From Kudoa neothunni (lineage: Eukaryota > Animalia > Cnidaria): 64,000 bases of DNA. Positions 51,735 to 64,000 of the stretch are shown here, in pieces (position 1 is the stretch's first letter; each line of letters starts with the position of its first letter). The translations under genes were made by a program, and so were the position numbers. The DNA is taken from NCBI GenBank assembly GCA_964304625.1, contig OZ199838.1:7396035-7460034 (forward strand), read 5' to 3'. The notes beneath the pieces were generated by a model that saw only the letters and a list, made by a program, of their open reading frames with translations, did no database searches and was not told the origin of the DNA.

Positions 51735-54131
51735 CCCTTTGAGACCTGAAAATCAAGGAGTGAGAAAATATTTTTTTTGAAAATGTTAAAATATCTAAAA
51801 AATAAAAATTAATAATATATATAAAAATTAAAGAAATATTTAATTAGGAAGTCTATTAAACTTAATGGTGCCATATGGCATCATTCGGAGACACCTTGGT
51901 CACGAAAATTGCAGTGCGCATGCTCGACTTTTTAAAAAAACATTGTCGTTCCCAAAAAATACACGTATAACAGATAAACCTAATAAAAAATCTATTTTTT
52001 TGTATGATAATCTAAGAAGCAGTTTCTATTTATATTTAAGCATATGTGGACGTCGCATTTGAGACACATTGTTCTGGAATGCAGTCCACAAAATTTACAT
52101 CTTATTTTGGCCGTTGTGCGTTCTGGGAAATGTGAGATTTGGTCAAATCGTACATTTTTACTTACCTTTGACTCAGAAAGATTATAGACCCTAGTTGTCA
52201 TTGGAATTGGTGTGGTAACAAAATCGGATGTGGACGGCCTACCTCTCTTCCTCATCATATTTACCACCTGATTCACATACATCAATTGCTCGCTCACCGA
52301 AACGCTAAAATCCATTAAACAGAGAATAGTTTTGGCAGGAATTTCGTTTAGCAGGAACTGGCGTTCGTAGACAAGCCATCCGTTAAGGATACACAAATTA
52401 ATGGCCCACAAAAATATCCTCTTATACCATTTTATGGATTTATGATCCAATCGATAAAGAGCCATCAGCATGTCAAAAAAATCCACTCCACCCATGTTTC
52501 GATTGTACATTTTGATGATATGTGGGCCATCGATTTTCACAACTTTTTTCTCTTTTCGATCGTATCTGTCGATAGTGCTCATAGGAGAAATAGAGTGAGC
52601 GGTCGATGTCACAGTTACGACGGAGCTGTCTAACCAACGCACAATGTTAGTTTTTGAATTTTTATCTGCATATAGCGCGTATTCGTAACTGCCCCTTTTC
52701 AATTTTTTAAAGGTCTTATCATCACTGACAGGACAATTACGGAGGCGATTTCGTCTCATCGTATTCGTGGAGTGATGACCCATTTTGAGTAGAATCGAAT
52801 GCGGCGGGAGCGTTGAAAAATAATTGTCAAAATATAGGTGGTGTCTGTTTCCCTTTTCCATAGACTGGACCAATTTTAAAACGATGTCGGAGGATCGAAA
52901 ACCCGAGCTTTCGCCATCATAAGTAAAATTGCCATCTTCAAAAAAAAAGTCGTGGACAATACCACCAGACCCATTTCTTGTAAATACCTTGAACCCCCAT
53001 TTTGTAGGTTTGGATGGCAGATATCGTTTGAGGCCGGACTTACCTTTAAATGGAATCATTTGCTCATCCACGCATTGATTGTAGTCGGGTTCAGTTTTCA
53101 AACAGGCCTCTCGAATGATGTCTAATAGGGGCCATACTTTAAAAAATCGATCATAATCCTTGTGATTACTGGACTTAACAATATCATTGTTATCGCAAAA
53201 ATGAATGAATTTTTGCATATCCATGAAGCGATCTCTCGACATTTTATCAGCTATAGTTGTTATGTTGAGTTCAGCACTCCAGTAGCTCCTTATTCTAGGT
53301 AGTTTAATAATGGCCATTCTTATAAGCATTCCAATGAATAACTTTATTTCGTTTACGGTAGTCCGAAACGACGAATTTTTTTCTATCGAATACTTATTAG
53401 TTTCTTTACAAATTAATTCAAATATTTTGTCGGAAAAGAACATATTAAAATATGAATAAGGATCCAAAATATTCTCTTTTTTGAGTTTCTTATTTATGAG
53501 GACGCTTTCATCTACCATGTTTAATGAGTTTTTTATAAATCGTGATTGATGGTCGTTATGACCCTCCGTGTCAGAACTAGTATCTGAGAGAATATCGGGT
53601 TTCAAATTTTCGATTTCGTCATCAGATATGTTTTCAGCGTCAGATATATCGGCATCAGGTCGTAATATTAACTCCTCAACAATATCCCATTATCACTAAT
53701 CTTTTTCACCAAATCAGAGTCCATGATAATGCTAATCCGACACAACAACGTGGGCGCCGAATGGTGCCATATGGCACCACGAATTAATCATTCACTGTAA
53801 ATCTCGACATTTACGAACTAATAACGGCGATATACATTTTTTTTAATTTTTTATAATTTCCAATATATATTTTTTAAATGAAAATATAATAATTTTAGGA
53901 ATATGATTCAATCAATCAAACATTACCTGTTTATTATACAAAAAACATCGATTTGATTTGCATTTTTATTGATAAAAAAATTAAAAATACTGTTATTTGT
54001 TTTTTTTGGTAAAATAAAGTGGCAATTAATAATGCTCTTATAGGATATATTTATGCAGAGTCACTAATACACGCCGAGAAATTTCCAAAACAATGCCATG
54101 GTGCCATATGGCACCATTCGGTCTTAAAGGG
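51735..54131 (-). mobile_element. full-length piggyBac
   Basis: TTAA-CCCTTTGAGACC ... GGTCTTAAAGGG-TTAA. Palindrome ATGGTGCCATATGGCACCAT at 54098, with variants at 53761 and 51865. Confidence 0.96.
51992..53724 (-). pseudogene. piggyBac transposase, intact except one frameshift near the N-terminus
   Basis: 537-aa ORF with DEQM, FDNYF, GGVD triad and Cys-rich domain. ATG at 53724 is out of frame by 1 nt near 53686. Confidence 0.9.
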
Positions 54132-54569
54132 TTAACAATGCCGTAATTTACTAAAGATATTTATTCATCGACGATTGGAAAAAGACATAATTATATAGAT
54201 TTTTACAATAAAACAAAATCTACAAAATATAAATATGTTTAATTATTCCTTGGAGAAAATTTAATTTGATCTCCACAGGAAAAAACCATTGATGTTGGTA
54301 GCAAGTCAAGTTGCTGGAAAAAAATAATTAAATCTTCAGGATGATCCTTGAAGTAACATAAGTCTAAAAAATTTAGGTTATCTAAATTTTCGTAATTGAA
54401 GATTGCAGGAAGCATATTCCGGAAAATGTAAACAGCCGGAACCCCGATTAGTACCGATGGCGGGTAACCGGCGGACGCCGAAGGGGGAGGAATTGAACTT
54501 TAACCGATTGAATGTTATCTTTGGAAAAATTTCTCTCTTAAAAAAAACCCAAATTAATATAATTTACTT

Positions 54570-55603
54570 GGCTAAACTGCAGTTTGGGGCGATTCTTCGG
54601 CAATTGTTGGATAAAGTCGTGCGCCGGTTTTTAAAATGGAGTTTTTAATAGACATTATGTTATTAGAAGACTTGTTTTTTTTAAATCCGATTTTAAAAAA
54701 CTTTTTAACACGCTACAAAATTTGGGGCTGCTGCGAAAAGTTAAAAAGTGCAATAAATGCTCATCAGATATGTATCTGATAAATCAAAAAAATAAAGATA
54801 ATTTGTAAGTATTTTTTTGCGGCGTTTGCAAAAAGAAATGTTCCATCAGAAATGGAACCTTTTTTGAGGGGTCACATTTATCGTTGTGGCAGATATTTTC
54901 CCTGATGTATTTTAATCTGAACGACATAAATATGTCATATAGAACAATATGTAGACAGCTGGACATTGGTTCTGAGCACACCGTAATTGATTGGATGCAG
55001 TATATCCGAGAAATTTACTCTGAATACTTAGACTCCCATCGCGAAAAAATCGGTTCTTCTGGCTTAGTTGTTCAAATCGATGAGTCATTTATCTGCAGAA
55101 GAAAATACCATCGTGGAAGAATTTTGGTCAACCAGTCTTGTTGGAGGAATTGACAACAATGGCAATATTTTCCAGCAAATTACAGATGTTCGAGACAAAC
55201 CTACGCTGGAAAATATCATCTTGAATAATGTTGAATTGGGCTCGATGATTTGGACGGATGGTTGGAAGGGATACAAGGATTTGTCCCTTATTGGTTATCA
55301 ACACGAAGTTATGATCCATAAAGATGGCTTCAAAAGAATGGATGGAGTTCATACTAATCGCATCGAAGCCATTTGGGGACAGTGAAAAGAAAGTATCGCC
55401 ACATCACCAACAAGAGGTCAGAATTGATGGGTTCTTACCTCTCAGAATATCATTTAAAAAGAAAATTCATTATTGAAACTTTTAAAATATATATATTAAC
55501 AATTAATGAATTATATCTCCATTGATAATGTATTATACATATTTTATTTTGCGCGACTATATCCAACAATTGCCGAAGAATCGCCCCAAACTGCAGTTTA
55601 GCC
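54570..55603 (+). mobile_element. Merlin (IS1595/ISXO2-like) transposon with frameshifted transposase
   Basis: ~50-bp TIR GGCTAAACTGCAGTTTGGGGCG. Perfect 9-bp TSD AATTTACTT. Motifs VQIDES, RKYHRGR, WTDGWKGY, HTNRIE. Confidence 0.95.
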
Positions 55604-55688
55604 AATTTACTTTAAACTGGAACTAATTTAAATTTTCCATACTTAAATTGTTTATTTTGAATGTATAAACACACTCAAATATTTACAA

Positions 55689-56065
55689 CTAGCTCGAACT
55701 GCCCAGCGTTGCTTGGGGAAGATTTCGCCTAGAGGCATTTTTTAATAGCATTCAAAAAATATATTGAAATCTCGAATTAACCCATAGAAACAAAATAACT
55801 AAAAATTTCGTGGCTCGGCATCAACGCTAAACAAGTTAAGGTCAGCGTTGTATTTCCATTATAACGCTTCAATCAATGTAACTTTAACGTTCTCCACGAA
55901 TTCGTTATTTATGAAACATAGATAGATTTTTTACTACATTGAAAACCATTAATAGAACTTATAAAATATACTTATCAAGTCATATACTTTAAAACTCCGC
56001 AAATAAGGAGTGTGTTTAAACAGACACCCAAATAGAAACGCCAACCTTATATATATAAGGATAGA
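55689..56065 (-). mobile_element. non-autonomous Helitron
   Basis: Minus strand A|TCTATCC..(TA)n ... CCCAAGCAACGCTGGG hairpin ..CTAG|T. Confidence 0.75.
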
Positions 56066-56399
56066 TAGAAGCAGTTAATGAACATATGATGGAGCATATA
56101 AAGGAGATAGTTAACTTCAACCGACCATAACCATGAAATAAGCAAGTGCTAATCCTATCGTTGAACTCATTTAATCCGAAAAACAAACTTTAAATCGACA
56201 AAATCATTATTTCATAAATACTTTTTAGAAACTTTCGTAGTCCGAAAACAATTAAACGATTTTTTTAAATATCATAAATTTATAAAAATTTTATATATGG
56301 CTCTCTATAAGGAAAAAATTATTCGCACACGCGTACTTAGGGGCATACACACATACACACACAAACAAACATACCGACAGTCCTCTTTTATATATTATA

Positions 56400-57905
56400 G
56401 GGTTTCCCGATCAAAGTGAGAACTTTTGCAATTAATGCAAGAAAGTTTCGATTAAATTGGTCGTAATATAAAATAATTTTTATTTCGTTTATTGTTTAAC
56501 TAACGGTAGCAACATTAGCTTCCATCCTTAACCTCCTCGGTATAATTTAAAAATGGGGGTTCCCCGATTTTAACACGTGTTAGTTCCCGATCAAGTCAAG
56601 ATTTAGCGTTTTTTGATTTACAAAGTAAATAACTATATTTAAATTATAATGAGTTTATTTAAAAATATATTATTTATATTTATTTCGCCGTAAACTTTTG
56701 ATACTAGGATGGAACTAAACTCAGAAAATATCCGAAATAAAAAAATGATGTCTACTATCCCTGATGAAGATAGAGTTAAAATTATCAATAAATCACTCGA
56801 AGGAAAATCTACGAAACAAATATCTGAAGATCTTTCCATTAATTATAAGTCCGTTTGGAGAATCATAAAAAATTATAACAAGAATGGTTGCATACGTATC
56901 CAGAACCGTGGTGGCGATAAAAAGTCAAAGTTGTCTCATGATCAAAAACGTGAAATTTTATCATGGGTTGACTCTGATTGTTTATTGAGGTTAAATGACA
57001 TGAAAAGAATGATTCAGGAAAAATTTAATATTTCTGTGAGCCAAAGCACGGTTGACAGAATACTTCAAAATTTTCATTATACAATAAAATGTACTGTACC
57101 GATTCCTGAGCGGAGAAATTGTGTGTCTACAATCGAAACTAGATATACCTACGCAAAGGATTTTAGAAAATCTGAGCTGGACATGGAGGATAAAACATTT
57201 ATCTTTATGGATGAAGTAGGGTTTGCTGTTGTTACGCGACCAAAAAGAAGACGGGCTGCTCGAGGTGCTTCTCCATATGTTTCTGTCTCGGCCGCAAGAA
57301 GCAGAAACATTTCAGTAGTGGCAGCCATGAATAAATATGGAATGATATTTCATAAAATTCACGATAAGGCGGTGAATGGAGAGGATTTTAAAAGTTGTCT
57401 AATTGAAATTAAGGAGGTATGTACTTTAAAAAACATTAATGATCCTATCTTTATTTTGGACAATGCGCGTATTCACCATTATAAAGGACTAAAAGACACT
57501 ATAGACATGCTCAGACTCAAGTTATTCTTCTTGCCGCCATACTCCCCATTTCTGAATCCAATAGAAAATATATTTTCTGTCTGGAAAAATTTGTTAATAA
57601 GAGGAGAAGTCAAAAATGAAATGGAACTTAAGGGGTTAATCTCTGACAAATTTGATGAAATTACCTCTTACCATTGTGATGGCTTCTTCAGAAAAATGCC
57701 AAGGTATCTCCAAAAAGCTGAAAATAGGGAAATAATAAATCAGTAATATATTTTTATCCAGATATATTTAAATATATATTGGTTATTATTATATTATTGA
57801 ATAGTTTTTATGCGCAATTTAAGTCTAAGTTAATTAAAATGAGTCTCATTAATTGCAATAGTTCTCGGTTTGATTGCAACAATTCTCACTATGATCGGGA
57901 AACCC
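56400..57905 (+). mobile_element. IS630/Tc1-like transposon, potentially autonomous
   Basis: TA-GGGTTTCCCGATCAAAGTGAGAA ... TTCTCACTATGATCGGGAAACCC-TA. Confidence 0.95.
56709..57746 (+). CDS. DD34E transposase, 345 aa, intact
   Basis: Paired HTH N-terminus. MDEVGF, then LDNARIH, then YSPFLNPIE, with 34 residues between D and E. Confidence 0.95.
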   Translation: MELNSENIRNKKMMSTIPDEDRVKIINKSLEGKSTKQISEDLSINYKSVWRIIKNYNKNGCIRIQNRGGDKKSKLSHDQKREILSWVDSDCLLRLNDMKRMIQEKFNISVSQSTVDRILQNFHYTIKCTVPIPERRNCVSTIETRYTYAKDFRKSELDMEDKTFIFMDEVGFAVVTRPKRRRAARGASPYVSVSAARSRNISVVAAMNKYGMIFHKIHDKAVNGEDFKSCLIEIKEVCTLKNINDPIFILDNARIHHYKGLKDTIDMLRLKLFFLPPYSPFLNPIENIFSVWKNLLIRGEVKNEMELKGLISDKFDEITSYHCDGFFRKMPRYLQKAENREIINQ

Positions 57906-58363
57906 TATATATTATATATATAAAGGATTGTGATCTAGACTTAACCCTACTTTCAATTTTGTGATTAACGACGTTTTCCGGAAACCATGCCTGATATCAT
58001 GCCCGGTCGCCTATGTGCATTTCTTGTATATATTTGATTGAGCACAGTAATTTTACTCCCGGAAACTTTCAACGTTGTAAATACAATAGAAAATTATTTA
58101 GACCTACAATAACATGCATTTGGATGCAGATGTTTATAATATTTCATCGAAGGATGAATTACATCTTTTGCAATTTGTTCACTCTAGAGAAAACTTTTAA
58201 ACGGCTAATACAGCTGCGTTATGAATAATTATTACAGGGATAACTTTTTGGGTCAATTGCGCAATAAAATAAGAAAATAATTGTGGGGTCAAAAATGATC
58301 CCCATGGGTACATACTGAATTTTTCGACTCACGGTCCTTCGACGGTCATGGGGTTGTTGATAC

Positions 58364-58443
58364 TGGCTCGTAAAAATGCTTCATTAGTGAAAATCTTGCC
58401 AACAAATATGTCTTTGTATATAATCGATCAAAATACTCCTTTG
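58364..58443 (+). repeat. 80-bp direct repeat (copy 2 at 59947-60026) flanking a MULE
   Basis: 71/80 identical by manual alignment. Confidence 0.9.
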
Positions 58444-59946
58444 GGTATGGCGAAGGTTTCCGAGATTTGTGCGCATCACACATGCGCGCAAGAATGAGTG
58501 GAAATATTGAAAATACTTTCACAATTTTAAAAACTCGAAAAAATAATGACATGATCCTACACAAAGATTATTTCTACGTGAAGGGTCACCAAAAAAATCT
58601 ATGTAAATACTGGAGATGCCAAATAAGGAAGTGTAGAGAGATTGCTAACTTCTCCCTTTGTTGACATTGATTCCCTTACAGAAATTGGATTCCATAATCA
58701 TATAATTGGTGATGAGGATATGTAAAGAAAATGTTTGAACAAAAAATAAGGAACACAACAGAAAATATGGTGTATCCAACGAGCAAAGTTTATTCCGTTG
58801 CTTCAACTGAAGAAAATATAAATAATATTCCTGTATGCTCTAAAAAGTCGATTTATAAAAATATACAAAATATTCGTAAGCGACAAAATATCAAAACTAT
58901 CCCAATTTCCGACTGATACAATGAATTAAACACAAACAGAAATGAATCCTTCTGTTTATATGACTCAGGATCAGAAGACAAGCACAGAATTATTATTTTC
59001 ACGACAGAAAAAATTTTAATCCATTTGAGGAATTCAGATTATTGGATGGCGGATGGCACATTTAATGTTGTCCCAAAAGAGTATTATCAATTGTACACTA
59101 TCCATGGGGCTGTCTTCAACAATGTTTTTCCACTGGTGTATATTTTAATGAGTGGTAAATTATAGAAGAGTTACGAAAAGTTACTTAAAATTTTAGCAGA
59201 GAAAGGAAAAGTCTCGTCATCGAAGAACATAATTATTGATTTTGAATTGGCTGCATATAATGCTTTCAGAAAATTTTCGTCGAATTCAGTCCATTTTTGT
59301 TTGTTCCACTTTGGACAATGGTATATATCGTAAGGTACAAAAATTAGGTTGTTCGAAAGAGTATGAAACCGACGAAGATTTCAAATTATTTGTTAAATGC
59401 CTGACATCTCTTGCATTTGTTCCTCCTAATTCCATTCTTTATGAATTTGAGAAACTAAAAATAAAATCAAAAAAATTCCATCCAAAATACCCATCAGTAG
59501 CATGGAACGCTTACGATCGAGTCCTAAACAATATTAAACTCACTTCAAATTCAGCGGAATTTTTTATCGTCGTTTTTATTCACGCTTCGAGCAATTCCAC
59601 ATTGGAATACTCGTTTTTATTCAAAAACTGAAGGAACATCGGAGTATTGTAGAACAGGACATTTTATTCCGAATTTGTAACCCAGACTCTGAATTATATG
59701 AAAATAAAATTAAAATTAAAAATGGAAATTTGAAAACAACAATTCAAGATTGTGAAAAATATTATGATTTATTTTATTTAGAAGCATTGGCCAGTACATA
59801 TAATTGGAAACTTCAATAGATTTAAAAATTATAAATTTCATAGTTTACGGTTTGTTCTGTAGTTATATACGTTAATTAAGTATGTGTTTTTATAATAATT
59901 GCGGTGCATGCGCATTTGGCAGTTTCTGGCAAACTTTCGCCACACG
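58444..59946 (+). mobile_element. FLYWCH-MULE, disrupted
   Basis: Motifs YWRCQ, WMADGTF, IDFELAA, LTSNSAE. Short terminal IR GTATGGCGAAGGTTT / AAACTTTCGCCACAC. Confidence 0.85.
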
Positions 59947-62900
59947 TGGTTCGTAAAAATGCTTCACTAGTGAAAATCTTGCCAACAAATATAGCTCCGT
60001 ATATAATCAATCAAAACACTCCCTTGTTACTCTAGCAGATGGTTCAATGTCTGAAATATTGGGAATGCTGAATGCTACTATTCGTATTAACAATATTACT
60101 ATGGAGTGCGATATATTTGTCATGAGATCTGTTGATAAAGATTTTATCATTTGTATGGAACTACTAAATAAGCTTGATTTTGAGTTAAAATTGCTTGGAA
60201 AGAATTTAACAGTTGATTCGAATGTGGATCCCTTTTTTTGTAATGATCTTCGATATGAGCGATATAATCTTGTTTAAAAGATACTACTTTCTGAGCACCA
60301 CGAAATAATTTATGACAAACAGAAGAAATTAAGAAGTGTCCCTAGAGTTAAACACGTCATAGAATTAAAAAATGACGCTCTACCCACAAAACAGATGTTG
60401 AGGCGGCGTGCTTTCTCCCAGCGTGCAGAAATACACAAACATATTCGACAATTACTCAATGATGATATAATCGAGGAATCTTCAAGCCCATGGACGTCGA
60501 ACGTGATCCTTGTTAATAAAAAAGGGGGAGGAACCCGATTGTGTATTGATTATCGACAATTGAATGATATGACCTTGAAAAACTCGTATCCTCTTCCACG
60601 TATCGATGAATTTTTACACAGCCATCACGGGTCGAAAATATTTTCAACCCTAGACTTGTCTTCTGGCTACCATCAAAAAGCAATGAAGAAAAACTCAATT
60701 GATAAAATGTCCTTTGTTAACCTGACGGACTGTACCAGTTCAAACGAATGCCGTTTGGGCTTTACAACGCCCCGGCAACCTTTCAAAGGTTCGTGAACAA
60801 TACACTTCGAAATGTTATTGGAAAGTTTAGTCTTGTGTACATGGACGACATCATTATATACAGCAGGAATGTTAATAACCATATTAAACATGCCAAACAA
60901 ATCTTTAAGCTGTTGAGAGAGGCTGGTATGACAATAAAGCGAGAGAAATCGAAGCTTTGCACCAGTGAGGTGAAATTTCTTGGATATGTAATTTCCGAAA
61001 ATGGTACCAAAATTGGCCCTGATAAACTAAAAGTAATAAAAAGCTGGCCTATTCCTGCGAACATGAAGGAATTGCAGCGATTTTGGGATTTGCCTCATAC
61101 TCTATTGGCGCTTTGTCAAAAACTTCTCAGTGATTGCTACTACATTACGTCGACTAACACAAAAACGTATTATGGGAGTGGAACGAAAAATGTAAAGCTG
61201 CTTTTTTGACAATAAAAGAATTACTTTCATCTGCACCAGTACTCGACTGTCCAGATTGGATCAAGCCGTTTATAGTTGACTGCAATGTCAGTAATGTAGC
61301 CATTGGATGTGCTCTTTCCCAAAATTGTAAAGGGGTAGAGAGGCTTATATATTTTTCTAGTAAAGCCCTATCTAAACCCAAATCTAAATATACTACCAGA
61401 AGGAAAGAATTATTAGACATTACATGGGCGTTAGAATGATTTGGCCCATATATCTTTGGACAGAAGTTCACAATTCGAACCGATCATAGCAGTCTGGTAT
61501 GGCTGACTAGTTTTAAAAACCTACAGGGCATTTGGCAAGGTGGTTTAAGAAACTCTGTGAATTCCGATTCACAGTTGAACGCCGTAAAGGAACTTCTCAC
61601 GCTAATGCAGATTCGCCTTTAAGATTAACGTCGTTGAGCTTCATACATTCCCCAAGCGTACATTCGAATATCGTTGAAGCACAAAAGAATGATTCTGAAA
61701 TTGTTAATGTCAAAACACTTATACAGTCAAACAACGCTCAAAAACTAAACATTAAGAAGATTAACTCAAATACACTTAAAATTTTGTTGAGTATACTAAA
61801 CGTGCTTGTGGTGGGGAATAGTGTACTCTATAGAATATCACAAGAAATAAACTCAAACAATAAAAGAACTATAATTCCAAAATCGCTCGTCCCTGATATA
61901 ATCAATGACTGCCACCAGACAAGTCATTTGGGCTCGGAGAAAAATGTTATCGACCCTTAGAAAGTTCTGTGAGTGGCCAATTCAAACAAAAGATATTATA
62001 AATTGGTGCTCTTCCTGCTTTGTTTGTTGTAGGCACAATCGACCAAAATCTCCGATGAAACTGGTGGAGAATAAAATATTAACCAAATACCCTCTAGGAA
62101 AAATCGGACCCAATATTGTGTCCTCTATCATAGTCACATCAAAAAAACCGTTTTATATTAGTTATTTGTGACTACTTTACAAAATTTATTGAAGCATACC
62201 CCATACCATAGCTAATCAACATGCATCTACGATGGTTGAAAAATTGATAACAGAGTTCATATGTCGCTACGGAATACCCGATTCTATACATACTGACAGA
62301 GGTGGCTGTTTCGAATCAATCCTCACGAAAGAAATTACTAATTACTTCGGCATAATTAAGACTAAGACCACCGCCTATTACCCTCAATCAAATGGCCTCG
62401 TAGAAAGGTTCAATAAAACGATGATCGATATGCTATCAAAAACTATGAAATCAGAGAGAGATTGGGATAAACACTTACAATTCGTACTTATGGCATATAG
62501 AGCATCTATACATAAGACCACAAAATTTACACCTAATAAATTGATGTTTGGAGGCGGTTTAAAAACAATAATGAATTTTGAAAAACCACAAAAAGTAAGT
62601 TCATATAATAAGTGTGTGAAGGATATGAATGAGTCCATCAAAAAGTCAACGTCTTTTGTCCGTAATCTAAATAAAAGTTTAGAAGAACAACAAAACTCAA
62701 CACATCATAAATGTTTTACTGAAGGTGATATGATGTGGTTTAGGAAACACATAAGAAAAAACAAGCTTGATGGGTATTGGCATGGGCCTCACAAAGTTGT
62801 AAAAAAAGAACACAGAAAATGTATATCCTGTCGATATAAATGGAAAATTCGAAAAAATAAATCAATACCATTTGAAGCTACAAGTGCAAAACTTTTACTT

Positions 62901-63119
62901 GATCCCAGCGTCGATACGAGACATCTCACGCAATACGAACGATAATACGTGAAATCCCATTAAAACATTGGAAAGACCAACCAGTGTAGACAATGTCCCA
63001 CTTGTTAGACGTTCATCGAGGACAAAAAAGAAACCACGTTGGTTCAAAGACTATGTTTCCAATGAGGACATTGCCTATCCAGAGGAGGGGGAGTAATATC
63101 AGTTCTCCACATTATTACA

Positions 63120-64000
63120 TACGGTGACTTATGGGTCGTGCGTAATCAAAAGGGAAATCAAAGTCATTACGCACCATACATAACTTTGCGCATACGAAAT
63201 GAACAAAAATTAAAAATAATACGTAATATTTTCGCTAACTAGCGTACTTGACTACTGTTGCTTTTAAAGTAATTTGTAATTCAGCTTTTCCTAAAATTAT
63301 ATCGTCGAATTTTGTTATTTGCTTTAACATTTGTGGGCTTTCTGTTTTAAAATATCTCCTTATACAGGACAAATATTTAAACATATCTTTATCAGAAACG
63401 GGAACAGCTTCAATAGAATCATTATCAGACTCTGCTTCTATCCTATCATGTTGTGAAAGAATATTAGTATTATCGTTATCCACTTCATCAGCAGTACAAA
63501 CTTCTGGATTTCTAGTGATTATATTGACTTCTTCTTCCATCATTTCTTTTAATTCGATGGTTGGATTTTCATTTGCTGTGAGAGTTTCTAACTCTTCTTG
63601 GCATGGGGAAAAAATGACTTCCTAATACAATTTACAATTGTTTCGGTTTTTACATGATCTCATGAATTCTTCAACAGAAACATCGCCTCCAAAATGTTGG
63701 GTAATTCGCATTTTGTCGATCCAGCTTCCACGCTCTGTATAAGAGGCTCCATTAAATGTTTCTTATAAATTACTTTAACATTGTTGATTATCCCTTGGTC
63801 AAGAGGTTGCAAAACGCTAGTAGCATTGGGCGGAAAAAAACATAAAGTAATTTTGGAAAGGTTCAAATTAGGGTGTGAGGGACAGTTGTCAAGAAAAAGC
63901 AAAATTTTTCTTTTGGACATAATTAATTTCTTGTTCCACCTAATGAGGAACTGGGAAAATATTTTCTCTGTAATCCAAGCGTTAGTGTTTGCTTCATAAT
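63120..64000 (-). pseudogene. Tigger/pogo transposase 3' part, runs off the window
   Basis: Motifs LDNCPSH and FFPPNATSVLQPLDQGII, then an acidic tail. Frameshifted. Confidence 0.88.

Larger units (their letters stand above)
51113..54505. mobile_element. non-autonomous element with ~60-bp GG-starting TIRs and a 9-bp TSD (Merlin- or MULE-type), hosting a piggyBac
   Basis: GGTTAAAGTTCAGTTCCTCCCCC.. inverted at about 54447-54505. Perfect TSD GATTGAATG. Confidence 0.9.
58350..63093 (+). pseudogene. degenerate Ty3/Gypsy pol (PR-RT-RH-IN), interrupted by a MULE
   Basis: Motifs VDTGS, RLCIDYR, YMDD, RTDH, HTDRG, PQSNGLVER. PPT AGAGGAGGGGGAG at 63081-63093. Many stops and frameshifts. Confidence 0.92.

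Noticed and set aside
1-64000. CRISPR array, prokaryotic operon or RNA-guided (Fanzor/TnpB) gene
   Set aside because: No spaced repeat array was seen. The IS630-like elements are only 1.2-1.5 kb and encode only a transposase. No RuvC-like ORF was recognised.
1-64000. Alternative genetic code or RIP explaining in-frame stops
   Set aside because: Stops co-occur with frameshifts in decayed TEs, while host genes and young TEs read normally in the standard code. The transition excess was not quantified.

Overview
AT-rich eukaryotic DNA with 40-75 nt GT-AG introns, made up mostly of nested transposons. The species cannot be determined from this window. DNA transposons present are piggyBac (TTAA TSDs), IS630/Tc1-like (TA TSDs), MULE with SWIM or FLYWCH domains, Merlin, pogo/Tigger, hAT ends and non-autonomous Helitrons. 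There are two Ty3/Gypsy elements; one is intact, with apparently identical 421-bp LTRs, and is GC-richer than its surroundings. Three host genes can be rebuilt by manual splicing, and the ORF track shows them only as fragments: a HAUS8/QWRF-like augmin subunit (- strand, 18353-19820), a ~707-aa protein with a DUF4378/CEP350-like tail (+ strand, 11674-14409), and a GT31 beta-1,3-glycosyltransferase (+ strand, 39246-40321). Notable oddities are a DD32E-spaced IS630/Tc1 family, an 80-bp duplication flanking a MULE, a tRNA-like mini-LTR, a hairpin-rich GC island, and a piggyBac carrying several nested insertions. I found no evidence for a wholly new multi-gene system. All family calls come from motifs recognised by eye, not from database searches.
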